Shown: positions 41,030 through 54,013 of the stretch, in pieces
How positions within the stretch are numbered: the first letter of the stretch is position 1
How the letters are laid out: every line of letters starts with the position of its first letter
DNA from: Octopus vulgaris
Taxonomy: Eukaryota
NCBI GenBank assembly: GCA_951406725.2
Contig: OX597817.1
Span: forward strand, 140,802,001-140,866,000
DNA length: 64,000 bases
Direction of reading: 5' to 3'
Translations under genes and position numbers: made by a program
Notes under the pieces: generated by a model
Told to the model about the DNA's origin: nothing
What the model saw: only the letters and a program-made list of their open reading frames with translations
Database searches by the model: none

Positions 41030-41985
41030 GGGCAGAAACGTTAGCGCGCCGGGCGAAATGCTTAGCGGTATTTCGTCTGCGTTACGTTGTGAGTTCAAAT
41101 ACCGCCGAGGTCGACTTTGCCTTTCATCCTTTCGGGGTCGATAAATTAAGTACCAGTTACGCACTGGGGTCGATGTAATTGACTTAATACCTATGTCTGT
41201 CCTTGTTTGTCCCCTCTGTGTTTAGCCCCTTGTGGGTAATAAAGAAATAGGTATTTCGTCTGTCGTTACGTTCTGAGTTCAAATTCCGCCGGGGTCGACT
41301 TTGCCTTTCATCCTCTCGGGGTCGATAAATTAAGTACCAGTTACGCACTGGGGTCGATGTAATATACTTAATACCTATGTCTGTCCTTGTTTGTCCCCTC
41401 TATGTTTAGCCCCTTGTGGGTAATAAAGAAATAAGTATTTCGTCTGTCGTTACGCTGTGAGTTCAAATTCCGCTGAGGTCGACTTTACCTTTCATCCTTT
41501 CGGGGTCGATAAATTAAGTACCAGTTACGCACTGGGATCGATAGAATCGACTTAATACCTATGTCTGTCCTTGTTTGTCCCATCTATATTTAGCCCCTTG
41601 TGGCTAATAAAGAAATAGGTATTTCGTCTGCCGCTACGTTCTGAGTTCAAATTCCGCCAAGGTCGACTTTACCTTTCATCCTTTCGGGGTCGATAAATTA
41701 AGTACCAGTTACGCACTGGGGTCGATGTAATCGACTTAATACCTATGTCTGTCTTTGTTTGTCCCTTCTATATTTAACCCCTTGTGGGTAATAAAGAAAT
41801 AGGTATTTCGTCTGTCGTTACTTTCTGAGTTCAGATTCCGCCGAGGTTGACTTTGCCTTTCATCCTCTCGGGGTCGATAAATAAAGTACTAGTTTCGCAC
41901 TGGGTCGATGTAATTGACTTAATCCCTCTGCCTGTCCTTGTTTGGCCCCTCTATGTTTACCCCCTTGTGAGTAGTAAAGAAATAT
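41030..41985 (+). mobile_element. SINE family B expanded into five head-to-tail ~184-bp units
   Basis: Units start at gtatttcgtctg near 41068, 41251, 41436, 41619 and 41803. Confidence 0.92.
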
Positions 41986-42257
41986 ATATTGTTGAACACG
42001 CGCGTGTGTACTGTATGAACTCATAGAGTTGTATGTAGGCGTATGTACTTGTAAGTTTACAAAGGAGTGGAGCTGATGTGGAGGAAGGCGAATTAAAAGT
42101 ATTTAGATTTTAATCATTACCACCATTCTTCTTCTCCTCAAGACTTTCACTTTTACTGATATACTTTCTCTTCAAGCATACATTTTTCTTCCAATCAACC
42201 ACAAATACCTCCCCTCCGCCTTTCCTCCACACTATCCTATTGAAATACCATTCTCTC

Positions 42258-42325
<68 letters not shown>

Positions 42326-42329
42326 TCTC

Positions 42330-42705
42330 CAGTCTCGAGAAATCGACTTATTCGTTTTCCACATGAAACGGAAAATAATAAGGCTGGAGAAGAAATGCCT
42401 GTCGCAAAATGTGTTTCGTAAAAGATGGAAGTCTATAGCAAGTATGTTGCGAGTGAAAGAACCTGTTTAAACGAGAATATAAAAAAGGAGAAAGCAAAGT
42501 CTTCAGTGTCAGTATGTGGTTTGTGGGGTCGACCGCGTCCTCCGCTTCATTTTTTGTTAATCACTCATTCTCATTTAATCGTATGTATTTTAATTGTTTG
42601 TTTATTCATACGTTTCGTTTCATTCGATACCCTGACCCCAACGTTTGTTTTGTCTGTTCTCGTATCGTCCCCTCTTTTTCTCAACCTTATGGTGAATAAA
42701 GAAAT
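42330..42705 (+). mobile_element. 3' end of a Tx1-like LINE within a (TC)n tract
   Basis: FVFHMKRKIIRLEKKCLSQNVFRKRW resembles the LINE C-terminus at ~57900; ends aataaagaaat|tctctctc. Confidence 0.6.
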
Positions 42706-43027
42706 TCTCTCTCTCTGACTCGGCCGAAATAGCCCTATTGAAAACCATCTGTGAAATGACCCTGCTTAATTTTTTTACTTGTAACTCTCCCACTCTCTTA
42801 TATATTTTTGTTCTTATTTTTGTTCTTATATTCCTAATTTTTGTTTCTTATATTCCTAATTTCTCTTTACACATTATATCCTCCACTCAAACTGTGCTCT
42901 CTACGCATTGTGATAAAATCTTCCGTGTCGTCCAAACGACAAATTAAGACTTCATTTAATCAAAATAAATTCGGCCTGAAGTGTAGCCAGTGCTAAACAC
43001 CTTGCTTGGATATTTACTACTTCTGCG

Positions 43028-43368
43028 AGGATCGCGGTTTCGATTCCCAGACCGGGCGTTCTGAGTGTTTATTGAGCGAAAACACCTAAAGCTCCACGAG
43101 GCTCCGGCAGGGATGGTGGTGATCCCTGCTGTGCTCTTTCACCACAACTTTCTCTCACTCTTACTTCCTGTTTCTGTTGTACCTGTATTTCAAAGGGCCG
43201 GCCTTGTCACTCTCTGTGTCACGCTGAATATCCCCGAGAACTACGTTAAGGGTACACGTGTTTGTGGAGTGCTCAGCCACTTACACGTTAATTTCACGAG
43301 CAGGCTGTTCCGTTGATCGGATCAACCGGAACCCTCGTCGTCGTAACCGACGGAGTGCTTCCATCCCC
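43028..43368 (+). mobile_element. SINE family C (5'-truncated tRNA head) with a 12-bp TSD
   Basis: B-box-like gtttcgattccc; TSD actacttctgcg at 43016-43027 and 43369-43380. Confidence 0.8.
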
Positions 43369-43441
43369 ACTACTTCTGCGGTTCCGCTCGCTATGAAACA
43401 TATGTAGCCCAGATTTTATCTATTCCATTTCTTAACTCTTG

Positions 43442-43502
<61 letters not shown>

Positions 43503-43505
43503 TAC

Positions 43506-43816
43506 TACTACTAGCGAACAGTGGTCTCGGTGCGCGCATCCGTGCTAGCTAGTCGTAAGTAGTCGATCCCACAACGACTTTTTAACCCTAACCCTAACCT
43601 TAGTTTGTTTATAAAAATAATTTATTTACTTAGTTTTCAAAATGATTTACTTTGCGTTTTATTTACTTTGTTCGAAAAATATTATTTAATTTTCTTTGAT
43701 ATGCATTCAGCCTTGAAATACAAACATACGCGCAAGTCATTGTAGGATCGACTACTTACGACTAGCAAGCGCGGATGCGCGAGTGCGCGCACCGGGACCA
43801 CTGTTCGCTAGTAGTA
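43506..43816. mobile_element. MITE with ~75-bp terminal inverted repeats and an internal (TAACCC) tract
   Basis: tactactagcgaacagtggtctcggtgcgcgca... / ...tgcgcgcaccgggaccactgttcgctagtagta; flanked by TA repeats. Confidence 0.85.
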
Positions 43817-44576
43817 CCTATATATATATATATATATATATACAGACATACATACATGCATGCATACATACATACATACATACATACATACATACATACA
43901 TACAAATATATACAGGAGTGGCTGTGTGGTAAGAAGCTTGCTTTTCAACCACATGGTTACGGGTTCAGTCGCACTGCGTGGCACCTTTGGCAAGTGTCTT
44001 CTACTATAGCCTTCGGCCGACCGAAGCCTTGGGAGTGGATTTGGTAGACTGAAACTGAATAAAGCCCATCATATATATATATATATATAAATATAATTTT
44101 ATCTTTATACAACAACAATATAGTTTATATACAATCATCCATATTACCCCCACGATAATTTCCTCTGTATTAACATCATAGGTTTTATTAGCATCTTACT
44201 CCTTTAACTGGTAATTAATATATTGATTTGGGGTCTTCTCCTACCCAACCTTCTTTATGGACAATTACTTATACAAATCCTAAAATCCTGAGAATATTGA
44301 TGATCATACCCAACAATAAACTGTCAACTCACTCTGTCTATCCATTCTAAACAGACACTGTCCTCTAGCCTTAGATTTGGTAGTTGATAAAAAAGACTAA
44401 TAAATTAAAAATGAACCACAATCCTTTATAAGCTATGACTCTAACAAACTTCATGCACTTCTTAGAAGTGTAATATATTCTAAGCTACATAAGTAGCAAC
44501 ATGGACACTTTTCTTCTTCTTGCTCTATTAGAAAATTTTAGTCAAATTATATTAATGTATCCAACTGATAAAAAAT

Positions 44577-44725
44577 AGGTAGCTCGCTTACCAACCACAT
44601 GGCTCCGGGTTCAGTCCCACTATGTGGCACCTTGGGCAAGTGTCTTCTACTATAGCCTCGGGCCAACCAAAGCCTTGTGAGTGGATTGGTAGATAGAAAC
44701 TGAAAGAAGCCCGTCGTGGATATAC

Positions 44726-44811
<86 letters not shown>

Positions 44812-45012
44812 TTGTGTTTCTGTCGCCCCAACACCACTTGACAACCGATGCTGATGTGTTTACGTCCCCGTAAATTTAGCGGTTCGGCAAAAGAGAACGA
44901 TAGAATAAGTACTAGGCTTACAGAGAATAAGTCCTGGAGTCGATTTGGTCGACTAAAGGCGGTGCTCCAGCAAGGCCGCAGTCAAATGACTGCAACAAGT
45001 AAAAGAAGAGTA
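44577..45012 (+). mobile_element. SINE family A copy
   Basis: Same family, slightly 5'-truncated. Confidence 0.85.
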
Positions 45013-45934
45013 GAGAGTATATATATATATATATATAGTCTTTGCTCTTTATATTTATATATATATATATATGTATATATATATGTATATTACATGTCAT
45101 GTTAAGAAGTGGTGCACGGTACCAGAGTGTTCGACTTGTGTCAAATGTAACAAACAACTCTCATTCGTTGTTTGAGGATTCGCATAAATGGAGTCAAGAC
45201 CGTCTGGTGTGTATTGGCGTTGAGCCATATTAGTTGTAAAAATGAAGTGAAACGAAATAGTGATATTTTGAAATCATTTAATGTGTCTGTGTGTGTGTGT
45301 GTGTGTTTGTTTGTGTGTTGAATTAAATGCAAGTCAAAACTGTAGCTGTTTCAAGTACGGACGAGGAAAGTAACTACGTAAAAAAAGCCAAACAAAAATT
45401 TTTTTTATAAATAAGGAAATAAGGCAACTGCCTGAAAAATGGGGGCATAACTAGAAAAGATGCCAAATGAAAATGACAGCAGAGTTCCCAAGAAAGAAAT
45501 GGAGAGAGAGAGAAAATATTCATAAGTCGCAAAGATTAAAAGAAAGAGAAAGTAAATATTGTGGAGATAATTTCTGTTCGTATGAGATGTTAGCAAGACA
45601 TGAAACTAAAATCAATAGCTACTGTCTTTTGTTAACAACTATCATTATAGTTTGGGTAGGAATTGGGGGGGGGGAGATGGAGGTGCAGACATAAAGCTTA
45701 GAGAAAATATGTGACTACAAAACTTGCCGATTCTTATTGCTGCAATTTCTTCCCAACATTGATTTTGCTCTGAAATAGTTTTGATGTAATTATTCACTGC
45801 TCAACGTCCATTAATAACCGCAGATCCACGGTTCAACATGGCGAACACAACTGCTAGTATACCCAATTACATTTAGGAATTCCTTGACGAGATTTTTTTT
45901 CTTTTTTTCCAGTTTTTATGTTCTTTGTCAATTT

Positions 45935-46003
<69 letters not shown>

Positions 46004-46768
46004 TTCTCGTTCTCTTTCTCTCTCTTGCTTACGAACTAAAATTCTTTCTGCTACATTTTTATCACTTTTTCTCCTATTTTACAATGCGCATATGCATCGT
46101 AGCAAACGTACACATACAATTTGACACAAAAACATACACACCTACACACACACACACAAGTGGGGGAGGAACTGAATGTGTGCACAGACTTCTCTTTGGC
46201 ATATTTCCAGCCACTAATATATTTGTTGTGCGTTTCCCATGCGTCCATTTGCATATTCCTTATTTATTCATATATTTATTATCGTTAATATTCCTATAAT
46301 ATACATACGTCCGCGCACGCATACACACATACACATATATGTACATACATATATACATACATACATAAACACACACGCACATATACATACATATATGTGG
46401 GAGGCGTACGCGCGCGCATGCGCATGTGTGTGTACCTCACTTGCTCTGGAACCAGCCGACTCTGATGTTTCATGAAATCGACACTATCGTTCCATCAATT
46501 ACTTCCAGCCAAACTAATTAATGATGTCATCAACAAATTGTAAGCATAAACAAACTAACAATTTGTTGACAACCGATGTTTCACAGTTGCCTTCCCTTGG
46601 CAAACCAGCGAGGCGTGCCCCCCCCCCCCCCGAAACAATTTTGGCGGTGTTGAAATTGTAAATATCAATCTGTTTGTTTCATTTCCGAAATAGCACTTCT
46701 ATTATTGCAGTTGGGGAATAAATTGCCTTTTTATGTGTGCAAGTACATGCATACACACATAAACGCTC

Positions 46769-46917
<149 letters not shown>

Positions 46918-46928
46918 TACAGACAGAC

Positions 46929-46999
<71 letters not shown>

Positions 47000-47006
47000 G
47001 ATAAAG

Positions 47007-47052
<46 letters not shown>

Positions 47053-47065
47053 CATATATATGTAC

Positions 47066-47098
<33 letters not shown>

Positions 47099-47175
47099 GA
47101 TCGCCATGTTGATTCGTTAGCTACTGCACGCATTTTTTTTCTCTCCTTCTTTCTGTGTTTTTCTCTCTCTGTGTA

Positions 47176-47213
47176 TCTTTCTGTTGAAGAGCGTAGGCTC
47201 GAAACGTTAAAGA
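47176..47213 (+). ncRNA. Minimal hammerhead-like motif in a TA-flanked ~210-bp element (47099-47311)
   Basis: ucuuu CUGUUGA A GAGC-guag-GCUC GAAAC GUU aaaga. Confidence 0.6.
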
Positions 47214-47310
47214 CTTGTTTTATTTATATTTCCTGAGCGCCATACTAATACAATTGTTCGTTTGTTTTCCACCTGCCTTCGTCTTTTGTTTATTTTCATA
47301 AAGCTTCCCG

Positions 47311-47377
<67 letters not shown>

Positions 47378-48279
47378 AGTATATATGCATTTGTATGTAT
47401 ACGTAAATATGTACATATACATACACAGACAAGCAGTTAGAGAGATAGAATTTATATTATTATATTCTTCTGCCTACGCATCGGCTCCGTTTTGTTGAGG
47501 AAAGTGCTTATAGAAAAGTCTTAGTGATTTTCAGAAATTCTTTGATGATCTTAATCAATATTCTGAAAAATGAACCCTGAAAAATTATGGTAGCCACAAG
47601 AATGTCATTAGCATTATCGAATATCTGCCCCAAGATTCCATATTCCTTTCTGTAGATTGAGGTAGTTATTCTTCATGGAAATGGAGATGAAATGGGATGG
47701 ATTTTTTTTTCTTCCGTTTTCATCACAACTTTCGCAAATAAATCAATTGTTCTGCTCGTGGCATTGATTCAATTAAGAGAGGAAAACTGCGAAGGCGACC
47801 AAACAAGTGACTGGGAAAATTGTAGAGCACTGCGGAGACCTATATTTTTATCTTTGATTTTTTTTGTACTCTTTTCAGTCATTGATCTTCAGGTATGTGA
47901 CTGGTACTTTACTTTATCGACCCCGAAAAGAAAAAAAGGCAAAGGTGGCTTTGGGAGAATTACAGCACAGAATGTAAAGAGCCGGAAGGATTGCTACTAA
48001 GCCTTTTGTCCGCGTGATTCTGCCAGCACACCGCCACAGCAACAACAACAAAAACAACAGCATCATCAACATCATCAACAACAACAACAGCGTCAACAAC
48101 AACAACAACAACAACGACGACAACAACAACAACAACAGCAACAACTTCAACAACAGTAATAATAATAATAACAAGGTTCTTGAAGCATCACCAGTAAACA
48201 AGTGTCAACTTAGTCTGCTGGCCTTGGACAGCTAACACTTTGCATCATGCCCAGCAAAATAAGCTGAGAGTTTCCATCA

Positions 48280-48322
<43 letters not shown>

Positions 48323-48324
<2 letters not shown>

Positions 48325-50750
48325 TCTTTCATTTGTTGGCCACCAAGGCCGACATACAGGGGACAATACAGTAGAAGTGGACAGTGGGGTTCTACACAAA
48401 ACAAGTTCACAATTAAAACGATAACAATAAAATCAAACAAGAACAATATAACAATGAAAGTTCCCCGATAATGGGTAACCACCTGAGATTGGCTCAGGTA
48501 CCCCCAACAACCCTGAACCACTCGACGCTTCGAGGGCACCCGTGAAGGGCACCCTTCTCCTTCTCACATTCACTAGCCTACAGACGCATTATTAGAGTTG
48601 GTCCACTCACATTTTTTGCTATATTCACCCACCTTTTAGCAAATGTACGGGTGGGTAGCACTTCTCTCGCCACCCTCCTTCTCAGTTCTAAGTGAAATTT
48701 GAAAAATGCTGATGGGGGATTGGCCGAAGAGAAAAGTGTCTGTCTTCAGCCGTTTCAACCTGGTCTACCATACAACCTCATTCGCTACTGCTATCAGGCA
48801 GAGGAAAATTGCATGCCCTTCCGGACCAATGGAATGTGGTGGATCGATCTTCACTATCGACTTGGCCGATAGCCAGATCCGTCCTATACGTGATAACAGC
48901 TGTTAAACATAACTCCACAAGTCAGTAATGCACAGACACTGGACGAGTTCGTGCAGAACAGTTTCATCGCTCTGCACGCATTTATGGAAGTTATCTTTCG
49001 TCCCCTGCTCAAAAGTCCTCAGGGACAGACTGGTCAGTTCGACTTCGCCGACGCCTAGCACCTCCCCGAGTGCATCATAACATTTTCCCTTCACTAACCC
49101 TCTATAGAACTCGAGATGCCCGACTGGTAGAAGACAATGAGTGCCTGGCAACATTCCAGATGCCAGTCATCCTGTCTAGGTCTCTTCTTAACCCAGGACT
49201 GCAGTTCAGTCAGGGAGACGCGCTAGGGAAAGGCCTGTTTGACAAACGGCGACCACACCTGTTCACCGTTTAGGCAGAGTATCTGGAGATGTCACAGCCT
49301 CAGCACATGCCCAGACCTCCGCGTGGAGGATATACTGCCTCACCAATGGAACCTGTCCCTTCCACAAGAATTTGAAGAGGAGTGCTCCAACGCTACTTCT
49401 TTGCTAACCCCTATCGATATTACTCGAATCTCTCTTTTGAGAGCCGCCCACCACCTGTTGTTGACGACCCCACTGTCAACGTCTGCTTAACTAAACTCTT
49501 GACCCGATCCCTGTAAGCCTTACGTGCCGGAAACGACATGTTCAGCTTCCAGCACCTGGGTCGACCGTACAGATGGCAAACTTATGATTTGAATAGACGA
49601 CAGTTTTAAAAAGTGGACATCCTACATTACTACTATCTATTTTCCTAGTGAAAATCCTATCTATATACGATCTAGATGCCCCTAAGCGGTTGGTCTAGGT
49701 TCACACTGGTGCATTAGGGAAATCTCGTCGGTACCTGTCAGACGGTTGGAACTGGCTGATCAGGTTCTTGAGGCTTTTGCACACACACCTTCTATCAGCT
49801 ACTCCCACACAATCCCAACATTGGGTCTAAGATTCTGTTCCAGTCCCACACTAACAGTAAAGGGCGAGACGTATCTAGAAAGGCTTCCAGACGACCAAAG
49901 AAATCCGGCCGTTTGGCTCTGGTAGGGGTGTAGACGACCACCAGTCTAAAGATACCACCTTCACTATTGCTCACATCCAGGATCACCAACTTCCCGTCCG
50001 GGTCCCGGAAGATCGACTCTACCTCGAGATCCAGTTCTTTCCTAAACAGCACTGCCACTCAACCTCTCATTCCCGGCCGACTAACAGATGAAAAGGTCTG
50101 ATAACCGTCGAACACGGGGGGCAGTGCGCGTGTATTGGAAATCCTGGTCTCCCTGACAGCAATTATATCCAATTCTAAAGATTTGTGATCGTTGAGCAGG
50201 CGCCCTTGCAAATCTTCTGGTACGAGAAATGTGCTCGATTCGAAAATCACTCCCCCCACCCCACCCCTGTTTCAAATTCAATGTTTTGTGGTACGAGTGC
50301 CATCAGTTCTTCGTTATCCCTCCTGATAAGTACGAAGTTGAGTGTTTTGTGTTGGTATTGTTTGATTTGCTTTCTTGACTGTAGTGGTGATGGCCATGTT
50401 GTTGTTTCGGTTGTGTCTGTGTTTACTGTGAGTGTGGTCTCTAGTCTGATCTACATGCTGTGAGTCAATGGGCAGTCAAAAGCAAAATGCAACTAAACGT
50501 TGGAGTGCCCACATCAACAATAAGGTCGATATAGCTGAATCCTAAGAACTTTCCGGTCCAGAGAACAAGGTATCATCATTCCACTTTTCTCCTCCTTTGT
50601 ACGACCACAACCCGAATACTGCTGCCCCCTGTGGTCTCCCCACACAAAACAAAACAGGTCGAAAACTGAATCACCGCAGAGGCCATTCACTAAACGAATT
50701 AAGGGCATGACTGATCTTGATTACGGGACCGCCTTAAAGCATTGAAAATC
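48323..50750 (-). mobile_element. Tx1/L1-like LINE, internally deleted (ORF1 remnant, endonuclease, post-RT region, 3' UTR)
   Basis: LDIIAVRETR, VAVLFRK, GKLVILDV, FRLVVVYTP, WDWN; C-terminal C..SDETVLH.LVQC; ends against an (ATT)n tract. Confidence 0.8.
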
Positions 50751-50775
50751 TACTCTCTCCATCGCCGCCGCCAGC

Positions 50776-51362
50776 GGCTTTCTTCGATGAACTATATGGT
50801 TATGTGATGAACTATATGGTTATGGTCGATGTGTCTAGTTTCGGCATATTTGGCATTAGAATTTTTTTTCTTTTGCCCTTGTTTATAAGTTGTTTATAAA
50901 TTTAACCTTTAAAGGTATTTTTTAATATGCTGGCCATTGATAAAATTTTTTCCGAAAAATTTTATCCTATATTAGATATAAATTTAATAGTGTTCAGTTC
51001 CGGACTCTCACTCTGTGAGAGTTTTCAGTTCGAATCGCACGTGTCTCGAATGGGCTGGAGAATTTCTATTATGGATATATTTGGGGTACTTAATTATGCT
51101 CATGACTTAGTGTTTGCTTCTTCCATGGGTGTAAGTATTTCATTTATTTTTTTTGCCGCATTTATCACTGATGAAGAGAAGGTTCTTATGAATTAACTCT
51201 GAAATCGGGTCCGATATGATAATAACGGAATTTTTTAGAGATATCTGTCGGCTTTCTTCGAGACGCGTGCTTATAGTGATGAACTATATGGTTATGGACG
51301 ATGCGTCTAGTTTCGGCATATTTGGCATTAGAAATGTTTTTCTTTTGCCTTTGTTTATCAGT
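50776..51362 (+). mobile_element. ~472-bp hammerhead-bearing monomer plus a partial second unit
   Basis: gtgatgaactatatggttatgg...tagtttcggcatatttggcattaga occurs at 50804 and again at 51276; no coding signal. Confidence 0.85.
51162..51222 (+). ncRNA. Type I hammerhead ribozyme, canonical core
   Basis: uuauca CUGAUGA AGAG...CUCU GAAAUCGG-gu-CCGAUA ugauaa. Confidence 0.85.
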
Positions 51363-52359
51363 TATATATATACATACATACATATATGTACATACCTACA
51401 TATATATGTATATATACATGCATATATGGGTACAGGACATAAAAAAAACGTTGAACACAATGAGAAACGAAAACATAAAAAAGAGCATTGAAACGAACGT
51501 TTTTTCGAACAGCGAAAAAACCAAACAGAGAAATGAGACATACAATATGAAGATTATTTACCTTCTTCAGTTGCCCCTGTTTCATCTACTCCGCGTTACG
51601 AAGGCAAGAACAAGACGCGACTTCATTGAAACAGTCCTTCCCGCAAAGCAAATTAAATAAAATTTGGGATTTTTTGAGAGGGTGAAAGTGGTAACAAGAG
51701 CAGGACAGTGAGAACAAAACAATAAAAACAAACGGTGAGGGCTGTTAAGCCAAGACAATAGAAGAGTTATTATGAACACTAGGAAGACGAGCTTATGAAG
51801 GAGACAGTATAAACACGTTTTTTCTTTACAAAGGTAGTGGGCAGAAAGATTCTTTTTCGTCACGTATCAGCGACAAGAGAGTCGAGGAGGAGGAGTGAGA
51901 TAGAGGGAACAGTGAAGAGGAGAGGAGAAGAATATGGAAGGTGGGAGAGAAAACCAGAAAGGATGAAGAACAAGAGATGGAGAGAGATAGACAGAGAAGA
52001 GATAGTAAAGATAGAAGAGTGCGCATCGTAATTATTAAGGTAAAACTTACTTGGAAAAGGATGCGTGGTGTTCGATCATATAATAATATAAATAATATAT
52101 AAATATATGCATATATACCTACACATATGTACATACCTACATATGTATATATACATGCATATATGGGTACAGGACATCAAAAGGAAACGTAGAACACAAT
52201 CCAGCGAACATTTGCATTTAAATACCAACCAAGGAGATGTAAGCCACAATGATAAACACCAACTACAACCAATCTGTAGTAGTAGAATTACTTATGATAC
52301 AGCTAGCATAGTAACAACGGCGGTAAATGAAGTTAGGGCTGCTTTATATACAAATAAAT

Positions 52360-52799
52360 ACGATAAATACTCATGCAGAGAAAAATCCAAATGTCCTTTG
52401 ATGAATCTCTGAATGAGTACAAATCTTGTATATAAATGTACCGTGCACACAAGTAGAGGGCTCTATGTTTACATTGGGCAGGCAGCTGATTCATTTAAGA
52501 ATCGTTATCGTAACCATGCTGCCAGCTTTAAGACAATCAATAAAAGACATTCAATATTTTTAGCAGATTTTGTATGGCGACTGAAGGAGGATAAAATTAA
52601 GTACAGCATTAATTGGCTCATAGTAAGGTATGCGAAACCATACAATATAATTTCCAGGACATGCGGTCTCTGCTCCGAGGAATCCCTGTCTATTCTGTGG
52701 ACTAACGAGAAGATAATAAATAGAATTTCTGAACGATTCTCGAGATGCCTACACGAATATAAATGTATTTTCGCCCAATGCAGTGAGAATGAATTTTGA
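52360..52799 (+). pseudogene. C-terminal GIY-YIG endonuclease of a second PLE family
   Basis: SCREKSKCPLMNL*MSTNLVYKCTV...YIGQAADSFKNRYRNH..SF...VWRLK...I.W.IV....PY....C.LC..E...IN..SE...C.H. Confidence 0.85.
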
Positions 52800-53281
52800 G
52801 TAACCGTTAACTTAATTTAATTTACTTTAAGGAATGGATGACTTGAGTTTACTTTTAACCTCCCCATTCTTATAAACACCAAGTAGATAACTATCTCGCT
52901 TTTTGATCATGAGTGCATCAAACCTCACGTGTGAGTAAGCTCACATTTTTGCGGATGCTTGTATGAGCGAATGAACTCGCGCCATACAGTTTGCTCGAGT
53001 GTGTTTATACATCCATATTTATCTACGGTTACTTTTAATACCTTTCTCGCTGGATTGCGTGTTCATTTCTCTTTTTGTCATCTGTGATTTTATTTTTGAT
53101 CTTTATAAATTAAGATATTTCCTCCGTCTGGCTGCTTTTCTCTCTACAGAAAGGAAAGTTACATTGCGGAATGTAGTCTATTTGTTCGACTAAAGGCGGT
53201 GCTCCAGCATGGCCGCAATCACACATTACTGAAACAAATAAGACAATAAAAATTCCGAGCAACGCCGGATATCTCTGCTAG

Positions 53282-53359
<78 letters not shown>

Positions 53360-53587
53360 TAATATAGGATGAAGCTTTTTTACAGAAAAAAATTTCATCA
53401 GAAAATATGGCAGCATATTAAAATACCTTTAAGGTTAAAATTATAAACAACTTATAAACAAGAGCTAAAGAAAATTATTTCTATGCGAATATGCTGATAA
53501 CAGACTTTTAAATCGTCAATTTCCACATATTATTTACTCGCTACAGAAAACACGTAGAGCTGAAATCGAGGTAAGCTAGCCAATAGA

Positions 53588-53618
<31 letters not shown>

Positions 53619-53622
53619 CAGA

Positions 53623-53685
<63 letters not shown>

Positions 53686-53748
53686 CAGAATATATAAATA
53701 TATATATATACATATACAGAATATATAAATATATATATATATTTATAT

Positions 53749-53793
<45 letters not shown>

Positions 53794-53796
53794 AAA

Positions 53797-54013
53797 ATAG
53801 GACAAGGTATAAAATGCTAGGATAATTTAATTACGAAGAACATTTTAATACCGGTTTCAGTCTTTGTGACTTTTTCAACTTAGAGAAAAGCATGAAAAAT
53901 AATTTAATAGTTTTTTCATGCTTGACTCTAAGTTGAAAAAATCGTAAAGACTGAAACCGGTATCAAAATGTTCTTCGTGATTAATTATCCTAGCATTTTA
54001 TACCTTGTCCTAT
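53797..54013. repeat. Inverted repeat (~100-bp arms) carrying a U3-A8 hammerhead-like fold
   Basis: Arms are reverse complements. The minus strand at 53843-53885 reads UUGAAAA AGUC-acaaa-GACU GAAAC-CG-GUA. Confidence 0.8.

Noticed and set aside
41030-41985. CRISPR-like regular array
   Set aside because: The units are whole SINE bodies with no unique spacers, in a eukaryotic context with no cas genes
52830-52970. Candidate SECIS hairpins starting with ATGA
   Set aside because: Spacing to the AA loop and the 3' NGAN quartet do not match a canonical SECIS by eye
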